DNA of 15,280 nucleotides from a virus (Duplodnaviria; Heunggongvirae; Uroviricota; Caudoviricetes): IMG/VR virus record IMGVR_UViG_2740892369_000045; one strand, 5' to 3'. Shown piece by piece: positions 1 to 7,690 of this stretch (position 1 is its first letter; each line of letters starts with the position of its first letter). The notes under the pieces were generated by a model. It saw only the letters and a program-made list of their open reading frames with translations, ran no database searches and was not told where the DNA came from. The position numbers and the translations under genes were made by a program.

Positions 1-279
1 TCAAAATAGCCCGTTGCGTAATGCGTGTTCCAGGCTAATCCCGGGAAACCAATTAATATCTTCAGAAATACGGTTATTACTTGCCGACCAGTCGGCGTGG
101 GTTAATTCACGAATTTTCGAGCGGGTCAGCATAGGTTCTTTACCTGCCAGGCGACTCAACGCGGTACTGATATCCGCAAGGCAGGTGAGTACCGGCAGAG
201 GAATACCAACCATTCGCACGGAACCGCAACGGACGTTGGCGGCAAGTTGCTGTATGCGTTGTGTAACCAGGTGAATCAT
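1..279 (-). CDS. 3' portion of a flanking (probably host) gene, possibly truncated at its N-terminus by the prophage insertion; C-terminal region loosely resembles NAD-dependent epimerase/dehydratase (SDR) family tails
   Basis: ORF track 92 aa on the minus strand with stop at 1-3; only 6 codons separate the first Met (277-279) from an upstream in-frame stop (298-300) lying in the putative phage-end region. SDR resemblance is a weak by-eye impression only. Confidence 0.3.
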   Translation of the reverse strand: MIHLVTQRIQQLAANVRCGSVRMVGIPLPVLTCLADISTALSRLAGKEPMLTRSKIRELTHADWSASNNRISEDINWFPGISLEHALRNGLF

Positions 280-451
280 TTGATACCAACGAGGGTTTTA
301 GTGAAAGGAGGTGAAATCACCTGTAAGATACTGAAATAAAACAGGTGATGTCTGGATGAGCGCTTAAAGTCTATTTGATACCGATTGTGCAATAATTAAT
401 CGTTTATTCTAAAATCGGCAAAACTTTTGATACTACGGATTGACGCTTAAA
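279..451 (+). repeat. Cluster of short direct repeats: TTTGATAC at 279-286, 374-381 and 426-433; CGCTTAAA at 361-368 and 444-451; candidate transposase-binding sites of the phage left end (attL, L1-L3-like)
   Basis: Three same-orientation copies of TTTGATAC(C/T) spaced about 95 and 52 bp apart, lying between the flanking ORF and the 3' end of the repressor gene. Spacing resembles the L1/L2/L3 arrangement of Mu attL, but the sequences do not match Mu's. Confidence 0.4.
309..348. repeat. Inverted-repeat cluster: AGGTGA (309-314) / TCACCT (317-322) with a 2-nt spacer, and TCACCTGT (317-324) / ACAGGTGA (341-348) with a 16-nt spacer
   Basis: Read directly from the sequence; also a direct GTGAAA repeat at 301-306 and 311-316. 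Function unknown (protein-binding site near the phage end or host/phage junction). Confidence 0.35.
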
Positions 452-533
452 ATGGCTTTAAAAAGGCTTAAAACGTTTTTCTCCAGATTGTCTTTAAAGG
501 AGTGTACTACAGCACAAAAATTGCACCACTCCC

Positions 534-1118
534 TTACGCACCAGCCTTTTTCTGGGTTACATTTAAATGATTAACCTTAGCTTCACATTCTTCATAAATC
601 TCTCTTACAGTATCATCGGGTAACTCTTGTAGACTCAATGCTAGTGCTCTTTTGACTCCGCTCAATGAGTGCAGTTTTTGAATATCTGTATCAAGCAAAA
701 CGGTTAGTAGTTCGGCCCCTTTTCTGATCAATAAGTTGGACAAAATCTCTTGTTCAGATGAAGTTAGCGAGTCCCACGCCCTCATGATGATGGAATCACT
801 ATCATCAATTCTTTGTTTTTTTGTTCTTTTTGTTTGTTCAATTGGTTCTTTTTTCATGCTTGGCTCATCACCATAACCATTGACTAGCCACTCCATAGAT
901 ACATGTTCTCTTTCTGCAATGTTCTGGAGATGGTGCTTTCTTGGTTGTGGTGGCGGCTGATTGTTTCTCCTTTTGTAGTAGTTCTGCAATGTCTGAACGT
1001 TTATTCCCCATGCTCTAGCCGCCTCACTTCTCGATTTGTAACGCTCTGCAAGACGAAAAATCCGTTCGATCACTGGTTCTTTTCCTTCGTCGAGAAAAGA
1101 ACTGTTTTTCATGTTCAT
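534..1118 (-). CDS. Phage repressor (Mu c analogue), CI-like with N-terminal HTH
   Basis: Leftward ORF at the position Mu c occupies. ORF track gives 237 aa from an alternative start at 1247; I place the start at the ATG at 1116-1118 (MNMKNSS..., about 194 aa) because it has an AAGGAA-like RBS and the upstream 43 codons read through the AT-rich operator. N-terminus contains SRSEAARAWGINVQTLQNY, a typical HTH. Confidence 0.6.
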   Translation of the reverse strand: MNMKNSSFLDEGKEPVIERIFRLAERYKSRSEAARAWGINVQTLQNYYKRRNNQPPPQPRKHHLQNIAEREHVSMEWLVNGYGDEPSMKKEPIEQTKRTKKQRIDDSDSIIMRAWDSLTSSEQEILSNLLIRKGAELLTVLLDTDIQKLHSLSGVKRALALSLQELPDDTVREIYEECEAKVNHLNVTQKKAGA

Positions 1119-1195
1119 GCTCTCAGGTTCCTTTGTATTTATCTTATTGATATTAATAACAAAAACACCGCAAAGAATAAAAAGAACAAAATACC

Positions 1196-1225
1196 TTGAT
1201 TTGGTTCTTTTGTTTGTTCTATTAT
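1196..1225 (+). promoter_or_regulatory. Candidate early promoter (Pe-like): -35 TTGATT (1196-1201), 18-bp spacer, -10 TATTAT (1220-1225)
   Basis: Sequence match to the sigma70 consensus about 60 bp upstream of the ner start codon; by-eye prediction only. Confidence 0.4.
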
Positions 1226-1237
1226 TTACCCGTACAG

Positions 1238-1260
1238 ATATCCGCACGAATATCCGCGCG
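1238..1260 (+). promoter_or_regulatory. Two 11-bp direct repeats ATATCCGCACG (1238-1248) and ATATCCGCGCG (1250-1260), candidate operator (Ner or repressor binding)
   Basis: Near-perfect tandem repeat with 12-bp periodicity, immediately downstream of the candidate Pe -10 and upstream of ner. An inverted repeat GAACAAA (1184-1190) / TTTGTTC (1213-1219) also lies in this region. Confidence 0.35.
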
Positions 1261-1285
1261 GGTAACTTTTTAGAATAGAGGAAGT

Positions 1286-1534
1286 ATGAGTAGAAGAGAA
1301 GTTTCAGATCACGATTGGCCGCCTGAAATCATCAAGGCGCGCTTACACATGGCTGGCTTATCACTGCGCTCTTTATCTTTAAAGGCTGGTTACAGCAGGG
1401 ATTCGCTGAAAAGCGTATTACGTACTCCTTGCCGACCGTATCAGCAAATAATTGCTGATGCTCTTGGGGTATCGCCTGAAGAAATCTGGCCCAGTCGATA
1501 CCAGGTTAAGAGCTATATGAGAAAGGCGTCATGA
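1286..1534 (+). CDS. ner: Ner-like DNA-binding transcriptional regulator
   Basis: 82 aa; the motif IIADALGVSPEEIWPSRYQ closely matches the conserved C-terminal region of Mu Ner (as recalled); first gene of the rightward early operon; RBS GAGGAAG before the ATG. Confidence 0.85.
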   Translation: MSRREVSDHDWPPEIIKARLHMAGLSLRSLSLKAGYSRDSLKSVLRTPCRPYQQIIADALGVSPEEIWPSRYQVKSYMRKAS

Positions 1535-1535
1535 T

Positions 1536-3626
1536 ATGTATGTCATTGCAAAAGAACTGATTGGCGCGCCCGGAATGCCTGCTACAACAAAAGGTATTCG
1601 CCAGGCATTACAACGTTACGTACAAGGGAAAAGCTGTTGTTCCCGTCGTCGCTCAGGCTCTAAAGCAACTGAATACAGCATCGACTGTTTACCTGAAGTG
1701 ACGCAGCAGGCATTACGTGAACGCTACGCCCTGCAACTGATGACTCAAAAAGTCGATGAATCACCGGCTCCAGTGGTGACAAAGGCCAGACGCTCGCCTG
1801 CCGTGGTTGATGCGGTGGAGGCATATCGCGGATCACCACAACTGATGGTCGAACGCCTTAATGCCCTGACTGAAAACCAGCGCCAGGTGGCTGATGCACG
1901 AATCGCGATCGTCAGCGAAGTTCTGAAAGTCGCGCAACAACCTGGTTTCAGCTGTGCGAAGGCTATCCGGTTTATCGTTGACAACCTGGCACGTTCGCAG
2001 CTGGACGAGCGCATTGTGGCAATGGTTGAGACGGCGAACGCCAAAAAGGGAAACAGCCGCGCGTTAAGTGAAATCACGCTGAAACGCTGGATTGCGGCCT
2101 TTAACAAGGCGCAGAACGCCGCTGAACGCCTGCTTTTACTGGCACCGGGTAAGCGCCAGGAAATAAAAGCCGAAGATATTAACTGGCTGCCCGAATTTCT
2201 GGCGCAGTATCGCCAGTCAAACGGCCGACCAATGACCGAGGCTTACGAGGATTTTGTCGCTGAATGGCAGCACCGGCACGCTAATGAGCCTTATATGCTC
2301 GATATCATGCCGTCTTATGACACCATTCGCCGCGCAATGAAGAAACTGCCGGAAGTGGTGAAACAAAAAGGCCGGGTGACCGGCAGTGAATACCGCCAGC
2401 TTGAGGGATTCACGCGCCGCGACTGGTCCAGAATGCCGGTGAATTATGTCTGGATTGGTGACGGTCACGGCATGAAGCTGAAATGCGCACACCCGGTTCA
2501 CGGTCGGCCATTTGCACCGGAAGTGACCTTTGTTATCGACGGTGGCACGCGCTTTGTGGTGGGCTGGAGCCTTGACCTGGCTGAAAATGTTTTCGCCGTA
2601 GCCGGTGCCATACAGCACGGCATTCGCCATCACGGCAAACCGTTTCTGTATTACTCGGATAACGGCTCCGGGGAAACCGCCGACATCCTGGATAAGGAGG
2701 TTGTGGGGATACTGCCGCGACTGGGGATTAATCACCCGACCGGGATTGCCGGTAATCCGCAGGGACGAGGCATTATCGAACGGCTTAACCGCACATTACC
2801 GATGCGCATAGCCCGTAAATACCGCACCTATTTCGGGAAAGGTGCAGATCGCGAGACGTTACGCAAAACCAACCGCGATTTACGCTCGGCATTTACTGCC
2901 CTGCAACAGGGCAAACGGCTGAACGCCCGGCAGCAGTCAGCGATGCGTGATTTACCGTCCTGGTCTGAACTGATTGATGCCATTCGTGACGGTGTTGAGT
3001 GGTACAACAACCGGCCGCACGATGAATTACCGGTGAAGCCGAACGGCAAGCATTACAGCCCGGCGGAGTTCAGAAAAAAACGCCTGGCGGAAGAGGACAC
3101 GGAAATTGAATGGCTGTCCGATGTTGAGCTGCGGGATATGTTCCGGCCGATGGTGGAACGCCCTGTAAGACGCTGTGAAATACGCTGGCTGAATAATATT
3201 TACTACGCGCCCGAGCTGCGTGACGAGCATGGCCGTAAGGTGCTTATCAGCTATGACATTCATGATGCCGAACGAATTACCGTACGTCGCCTGGATGGCA
3301 GCGTGATTTGCGAGGCGGTATGGGACGGCAATAAACGCGAAGCCTTCCCGGTCAGCGCGGAATACTACAAACAGCAGCAACGCCTTAAAGGCATGCGTAA
3401 ACGCGCAGAGGAAAAAATCCGTGATGCCGAGGATGAGGTTGTCAACGTGCTGGAGCACAAGCCGCAGGAGCCCTGGCTGGAAAACATATACCGCCCTGTG
3501 GGTAATACGGTGACCGTTCAGCAACCGGTCGCTGACGATGAACCTGATGAAGAATACGAGCGTAATTTCCAGCGGGGATTGCAGTTGCTGGAAGCGAAAT
3601 TAAAAGAAAATGACCCGCTGGCCTGA
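1536..3626 (+). CDS. DDE transposase, MuA family
   Basis: 696 aa, directly following ner. Candidate DDE residues lie in WIGDGHG, YYSDNGSG and GNPQGRGIIERLNRT, the same sequence contexts as in MuA. Start codon is 1 nt past the ner stop. Confidence 0.9.
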   Translation: MYVIAKELIGAPGMPATTKGIRQALQRYVQGKSCCSRRRSGSKATEYSIDCLPEVTQQALRERYALQLMTQKVDESPAPVVTKARRSPAVVDAVEAYRGSPQLMVERLNALTENQRQVADARIAIVSEVLKVAQQPGFSCAKAIRFIVDNLARSQLDERIVAMVETANAKKGNSRALSEITLKRWIAAFNKAQNAAERLLLLAPGKRQEIKAEDINWLPEFLAQYRQSNGRPMTEAYEDFVAEWQHRHANEPYMLDIMPSYDTIRRAMKKLPEVVKQKGRVTGSEYRQLEGFTRRDWSRMPVNYVWIGDGHGMKLKCAHPVHGRPFAPEVTFVIDGGTRFVVGWSLDLAENVFAVAGAIQHGIRHHGKPFLYYSDNGSGETADILDKEVVGILPRLGINHPTGIAGNPQGRGIIERLNRTLPMRIARKYRTYFGKGADRETLRKTNRDLRSAFTALQQGKRLNARQQSAMRDLPSWSELIDAIRDGVEWYNNRPHDELPVKPNGKHYSPAEFRKKRLAEEDTEIEWLSDVELRDMFRPMVERPVRRCEIRWLNNIYYAPELRDEHGRKVLISYDIHDAERITVRRLDGSVICEAVWDGNKREAFPVSAEYYKQQQRLKGMRKRAEEKIRDAEDEVVNVLEHKPQEPWLENIYRPVGNTVTVQQPVADDEPDEEYERNFQRGLQLLEAKLKENDPLA

Positions 3627-3697
3627 AATAAAAAAATAACCCGAGCGGCGACTCAGGTTATTTGATTAAACAAGGTATCAAATGAGAGGTTAATAAT

Positions 3698-4630
3698 ATG
3701 ACTGATATTAACGATGTAATCAAGACCATTGATGAACTTATTGATGGCGGCGTACTGACGCAGTATGCCATCGCCAGAGAGGCGGGAATTTCCGACGGCA
3801 CATTATCGGCTTTCCGCAAGGGGAAATATAAAGGCGATAACGCCGCTGTGGCTGCTTCCCTGCGTTCCTGGTATGAAAACTGGAATAAACAAAGCGCACT
3901 GCCGGAACCGCCGCAGTTTGTGGAAACGCAGACAGTCCAGGAGCTGCGCGCACTGTTTCAGGCGGTTCGTCTGATGGGCTGTATTAACGTTATTGTGGGC
4001 GTACCGGGTGTGGGTAAAACGGCCACTGCCCGTAATTACTGCCAGGAGCAACCAAACACCTGGATGATCACCCTGTCACCCGCGCACTCCAGCGTCACGG
4101 AGTGTCTGCTGGAGCTGGCCGATGCGCTGGGGATTGATTACACCCGCGCGAACAAAGGGGCATTATCCCGCGCCATCCGCCGTCGCCTGATGGGAACGCG
4201 TGGACTGGTGATTGTGGATGAGGCGGATCATCTGGGTATTGACGGTCTGGAGCAACTCCGGGCAATTCAGGACGCCACGGGGATCGGGATGGTGCTTATT
4301 GGTAACCCGCGCGGATTGTTTAAAGGTGGACGCCGCGCCTTTGATGATTTATCGCGCCTGTTCAGCCGTCTTGCCCGTACAAAACAACTTCGCAAGGCCA
4401 AAAAGGCGGATGTGCTGGCCATTGCCAGGGCGTGGGGGATCAGTGGTGAGGCCGAGCTGGCCGTCATGCAGGCTATCGCTGAAAAGCCGGGAGCGTTACG
4501 CGTTCTGACACATACGCTTAACCAGGCGTGGCTCACCGCCAGCGGTGAAGGCGCGGCGCTGACAGAAAAACATATTAATGCGGCCTTTAAAGAGGTTTAT
4601 ACCAACCCTGAATTACTCTCACAGGTGTGA
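3698..4630 (+). CDS. Transposition ATPase / target DNA activator, MuB family (AAA+)
   Basis: 310 aa (Mu B is about 312 aa); Walker A GVPGVGKT and a Walker B-like LVIVDEADHL; position immediately after the transposase. Confidence 0.9.
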   Translation: MTDINDVIKTIDELIDGGVLTQYAIAREAGISDGTLSAFRKGKYKGDNAAVAASLRSWYENWNKQSALPEPPQFVETQTVQELRALFQAVRLMGCINVIVGVPGVGKTATARNYCQEQPNTWMITLSPAHSSVTECLLELADALGIDYTRANKGALSRAIRRRLMGTRGLVIVDEADHLGIDGLEQLRAIQDATGIGMVLIGNPRGLFKGGRRAFDDLSRLFSRLARTKQLRKAKKADVLAIARAWGISGEAELAVMQAIAEKPGALRVLTHTLNQAWLTASGEGAALTEKHINAAFKEVYTNPELLSQV

Positions 4631-4632
4631 TT

Positions 4633-4854
4633 ATGGCGGTATTTAATATTCCTGATATTTACGGACGCTTTTACCTGGTTAATTTCGATAACGTGAAGGT
4701 GATTTCACTGGCCGAAAATAAAGAATGTGGCGATTTACTTTTTGAATTTAATGACCGCACACGAATGGTGATATCTGCCGGACTTGATCGCGAAGGTGCG
4801 ACAGACGTTTACAGCGGAATATGCCGTTCTGTTGGTGCGAAACAAGTCAGCTAA
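4633..4854 (+). CDS. Hypothetical early protein (positional analogue of Mu kil; function not assigned)
   Basis: ORF track 4627..4854; start moved to the ATG at 4633, which has an AGGTG RBS at suitable spacing and sits just after the B stop. Confidence 0.5.
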   Translation: MAVFNIPDIYGRFYLVNFDNVKVISLAENKECGDLLFEFNDRTRMVISAGLDREGATDVYSGICRSVGAKQVS

Positions 4855-4866
4855 ATGAGGTGTTAT

Positions 4867-5121
4867 ATGAATATGCAATCCTGCGGTAACAAAATGAATT
4901 TATTCGACTCCCTGAACAGCGCGCGCCGTCTGACCGAACTTGCCGGTGCGGTACTGGAACGCAGTAAGCGCTATCCGCAACGTTTTGCACTGAAAACCAC
5001 GCCGCCGGTAGGCAACGTGCAGGGAACCGGTGAAATTGAAATCACCATACAGACCAACGGCCTGCGCCGCCGTGTGAAGGCCACCCGCATCAGCGGCTGC
5101 ACGGTTTACTGGGAGGTGTGA
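4867..5121 (+). CDS. Hypothetical early protein
   Basis: ORF track 4855..5121; the ATG at 4867 is preceded by GAGGTG (4857-4862); co-oriented in the early operon. Confidence 0.45.
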   Translation: MNMQSCGNKMNLFDSLNSARRLTELAGAVLERSKRYPQRFALKTTPPVGNVQGTGEIEITIQTNGLRRRVKATRISGCTVYWEV

Positions 5122-5122
5122 G

Positions 5123-5404
5123 GTGAAAAAAAATCTCATTGCATGGGCGTGGTCGAGTGGTCTTATTGAGTTTGGTTACGTCCTGCCGGAAGGTGCATTG
5201 CCGATAGTTGCCGGAAAGCCTGCCACGGTACGGCATGTGATTGAGGTTATGGCGCGTCATGGACGTGATGAACAGGAGCAGTTACTGGTTCCGGGGATAC
5301 CGGAAGCGGTGACGGAGGAAGAAGCCTTTAATGCCATGATTCGGTTCTGCCGTGAGGTCAGACGCCGGGTCAGTTATCCAAACAGAACGAGGACCAGAGG
5401 GTGA
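5123..5404 (+). CDS. Hypothetical early protein
   Basis: GTG start at 5123 preceded by GGAGGTG (5112-5118); begins 2 nt after the previous stop. Confidence 0.5.
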   Translation: MKKNLIAWAWSSGLIEFGYVLPEGALPIVAGKPATVRHVIEVMARHGRDEQEQLLVPGIPEAVTEEEAFNAMIRFCREVRRRVSYPNRTRTRG

Positions 5405-5673
5405 GTAAAGTCGTACGCATTATTTTCGAATACAAGGAGCACGTTATCCATAAAAACGCTGATGGAACAGTGCGCATGGGGGTAAGTCTGGACATACGTT
5501 CAACCGGGATAAAGCAGAAAGGTGATGGACCCGCCATGATTTTTGGGGTGGTTATGCTCGCGGAAAGCAGAGACTTTGCTGAACTTGTGGCAATGAAAGC
5601 CAGTGCGCTCATGAAAGATATGAGCATGCGTTCCGGGGTTATTAAAGGTAATGAATTTAATCAGCAGGGGTAA
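5401..5673 (+). CDS. Hypothetical small protein, paralogue 1 of a tandem pair
   Basis: 90 aa, GTG start overlapping the previous stop; N-terminus MSKVVRIIFEYKEHV resembles that of the next ORF. Confidence 0.55.
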   Translation: MSKVVRIIFEYKEHVIHKNADGTVRMGVSLDIRSTGIKQKGDGPAMIFGVVMLAESRDFAELVAMKASALMKDMSMRSGVIKGNEFNQQG

Positions 5674-5677
5674 TTCC

Positions 5678-5971
5678 ATGAGCAAAGTACGCGTTATTTT
5701 TGAATTTAAGCATGTTTCGCATGACGAAAAACCGGCAGGCAATGACTGTGTTGAAGTGCATGAAAAGATTGGTGTGGATGTAAAAACAGAACGTGATACG
5801 AATAACAGGCCGACGTCACTCTGTGGCGTTTATGCAAGTATTCTCCAGTATCACAGTCCTGAAATTATTCAGTTTCTCTCAGCGGAATTTCAGGCATCTG
5901 TACAGGCTTTTGGGGCGGATGCCATCATTAAACGCCACCGCGTGCATAAAGCATCAGGCACACTGCAATAA
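5678..5971 (+). CDS. Hypothetical small protein, paralogue 2 of a tandem pair
   Basis: ORF track 5651..5971; start placed at the ATG at 5678 (MSKVRVIFEFKHV...), which aligns with the N-terminus of the 5401 ORF and has an AGGGG RBS-like stretch upstream. Confidence 0.55.
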   Translation: MSKVRVIFEFKHVSHDEKPAGNDCVEVHEKIGVDVKTERDTNNRPTSLCGVYASILQYHSPEIIQFLSAEFQASVQAFGADAIIKRHRVHKASGTLQ

Positions 5972-5982
5972 GGAAAAACAAA

Positions 5983-6513
5983 ATGGCTAAACGTGTTACA
6001 AAATTAAAGGCCGCAGCCGAGGCTGCACCGCAGACCCGCGAAGAAGTCAGCCGCGATATCCGTACCCTGGGCGATATTCAGCGAGAGGCGCTACGGCTGG
6101 AAACGGCGATGAATGATGAAGTGGCAGAAATCACCGCCCGTTATACGCCGCAGATTGAAAACCTTAAAAAAGAAATCAAAGTGCTTTTTAAGGGGATTCA
6201 GGACTGGTGCAAAACCAACCGCGATGAGCTGACGAACGGCGGCAAAACCAAAACAGCCAATCTGACCACCGGAACAGTGTCATGGCGGCTGGGAAATCCA
6301 TCATGCAGCGTCAGCCGTGATGTGGAAGGTGTGATTGAAATGCTGCGCCGTATGGGGCTTGAGCGATTCATCCGCACGAAAGAGGAAGTGAACAAGGAAG
6401 CGGTCCTAGCGGAGCCGGATGCAGTGAAAGGCATTGCCGGTATTAAGGTGAATAAAGGCGCTGAAAGTTTTTATGTCGAGCCTTTTGAACAGGACGCCGG
6501 ACTGAATAAATAA
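5983..6513 (+). CDS. gam: Host-nuclease inhibitor Gam (Mu Gam family, DNA-end binding)
   Basis: 176 aa. Long stretches match Mu Gam as recalled (LGDIQREALRLETAMNDEVAEIT; WCKTNRDELTNGGKTKTANLTTGTVSWR; RFIRTKEEVNKEAVLAEP); RBS AAGGAAAAA before the ATG. Confidence 0.9.
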   Translation: MAKRVTKLKAAAEAAPQTREEVSRDIRTLGDIQREALRLETAMNDEVAEITARYTPQIENLKKEIKVLFKGIQDWCKTNRDELTNGGKTKTANLTTGTVSWRLGNPSCSVSRDVEGVIEMLRRMGLERFIRTKEEVNKEAVLAEPDAVKGIAGIKVNKGAESFYVEPFEQDAGLNK

Positions 6514-6610
6514 CACCGCATTAAATCTTTAAATATCACATCGTTTTAAGTATGGCGCTCGCGTCAGGGGACTGCCTGCGCCTGTAAACTGAAAATAAGG
6601 AACAGGATAT

Positions 6611-7153
6611 ATGGCATATTTTTATTTCAAATTAGACCGTGTGCAGACAAATAAATATTTCACCAAATATCAACAGACTGTTTTACCGCTACGCAACAGT
6701 ATTCTTCGGGCATTACTGAAAAATACAGGCGCTGCCGGATTGCGCTTAAAGCCGTTTGCCATGGACGTAATCAGTGAGTTTTATTTTTCTGGTGCTCTGC
6801 CTGCGGGCTGGCGTAAGCGCGATGATGTGGCTTTTATCGGGGACGGACCGTGCTTTATTGCCAGACCTGATGAGTCATGCCCTGAAGGACCGGCGATTGC
6901 CGCAATGATTGAAGCCGCTGAACGCGAGTTAAGAAAGCGTCCTGATTTCCTTGTCTGGCTCTGTGAAAAGCTGGGGGTAATGAGAATCCCCTCCATGTTT
7001 AACATGGACTCCTGGTGGACCCCGTCGCTCTCCCGTGATGCCCTGTGCGTGGTGTTTAAAGTAGGCGCTTATGGCAGGGAAATAAAAGGGGGTATTCCTG
7101 AAGAATGCCAGGAGATTAAACATTCTGAATATGTGGCGCTGACGGAGGAATAA
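6611..7153 (+). CDS. Hypothetical protein (accessory region)
   Basis: 180 aa; AAGGAA RBS about 8 nt upstream; first gene after a 97-bp gap following gam. No recognisable motif. Confidence 0.5.
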   Translation: MAYFYFKLDRVQTNKYFTKYQQTVLPLRNSILRALLKNTGAAGLRLKPFAMDVISEFYFSGALPAGWRKRDDVAFIGDGPCFIARPDESCPEGPAIAAMIEAAERELRKRPDFLVWLCEKLGVMRIPSMFNMDSWWTPSLSRDALCVVFKVGAYGREIKGGIPEECQEIKHSEYVALTEE

Positions 7154-7156
7154 TTC

Positions 7157-7690
7157 ATGATTGGTGCAAAAGTGCTTGAAGGGGTTAAAAACTGGCTGAG
7201 TATTTACGGGCGTCTGACCTGCGGCATTCTGGCTGAAAAAATGAATATGCCGCCATCCTCGATGGTTTATTTTCTGCGTGATGCGGTCGATGCCGGGGTG
7301 CTGACGGAATGTAACGGTTTTTATGATATTCCGCGTCCCCGCCCGGTGCAGCCGGTTCGTCGCAAATGCAGCCAGGAAGGTGCGGCTGATGATGTTCAGT
7401 GGTGCAGCTTCAGAAAATCCCTGCCGTGGATTGAGGGGCATGATATTCCGTCAATGGCGTGGGAATTTGCTCAGGGCGTTCTGACCTGTGAAACCGTTTA
7501 TGTGGTGGCTGAAGTTGATGAGCAGGCCATGAAAGAAGGCGTGCCCCAGTTTGTGATGGCGTATATCGACATACGCCTGGGTGTCATTATCTGCGGTTTA
7601 AGCGGCTGGAATATCACCTCGCGCGTTCTGCGTTACCTGATTGTTGACCGGACGGCCGCGCCTGCCGGGATATCTGCGGAGGTGGCGTAA
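7157..7690 (+). CDS. Hypothetical protein; N-terminal region may be a winged-helix/HTH
   Basis: 177 aa; starts 4 nt after the previous stop; the HTH impression is by eye only. Confidence 0.5.
   Translation: MIGAKVLEGVKNWLSIYGRLTCGILAEKMNMPPSSMVYFLRDAVDAGVLTECNGFYDIPRPRPVQPVRRKCSQEGAADDVQWCSFRKSLPWIEGHDIPSMAWEFAQGVLTCETVYVVAEVDEQAMKEGVPQFVMAYIDIRLGVIICGLSGWNITSRVLRYLIVDRTAAPAGISAEVA

Larger units (their letters stand above)
1119..1285. promoter_or_regulatory. Divergent repressor/early-operon control region (operator and promoters; probable location of the transposition enhancer by analogy to Mu)
   Basis: 167-bp AT-rich intergenic region between the divergent repressor and ner genes; contains sigma70-like elements and several repeats (see separate features). 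Confidence 0.55.

Noticed and set aside
452-577. Unlisted plus-strand ORF of about 41 codons (MALKRLKTFF...) in the left-end region
   Set aside because: Short, overlaps the candidate transposase-binding repeats and the 3' end of the repressor gene, and has no RBS; probably not coding.
903-1199. 98-aa plus-strand ORF inside and antisense to the repressor gene
   Set aside because: Fully overlapped by the better-supported repressor CDS on the opposite strand and extends into the operator; hydrophobic/basic composition typical of antisense artefacts.
534-1247. Full 237-aa version of the repressor ORF starting at 1247
   Set aside because: The first 43 codons run through the AT-rich operator/promoter region and encode a low-complexity basic/hydrophobic stretch; an internal ATG at 1118 with an RBS gives a protein of about 194 aa, typical for a repressor. 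Treated as read-through, not as a different feature.
1745-3524. Minus-strand ORFs (1745..2107, 2217..2735, 3027..3524) and plus-strand ORFs (2605..2811) inside the transposase gene
   Set aside because: Embedded within the long, well-supported MuA-like CDS; no independent RBS or motif support; expected frame shadows in GC-balanced coding sequence.
3738-4536. Several short ORFs on both strands within the MuB-like gene
   Set aside because: Overlap the AAA+ ATPase CDS; Arg/Ser/Pro-rich translations typical of off-frame artefacts.
6514-6610. Imperfect GC-rich hairpin (around GCGTCAGG...CCTGCGC) after gam
   Set aside because: The stem needs a bulge and is not followed by a T-tract; not convincing as an intrinsic terminator.
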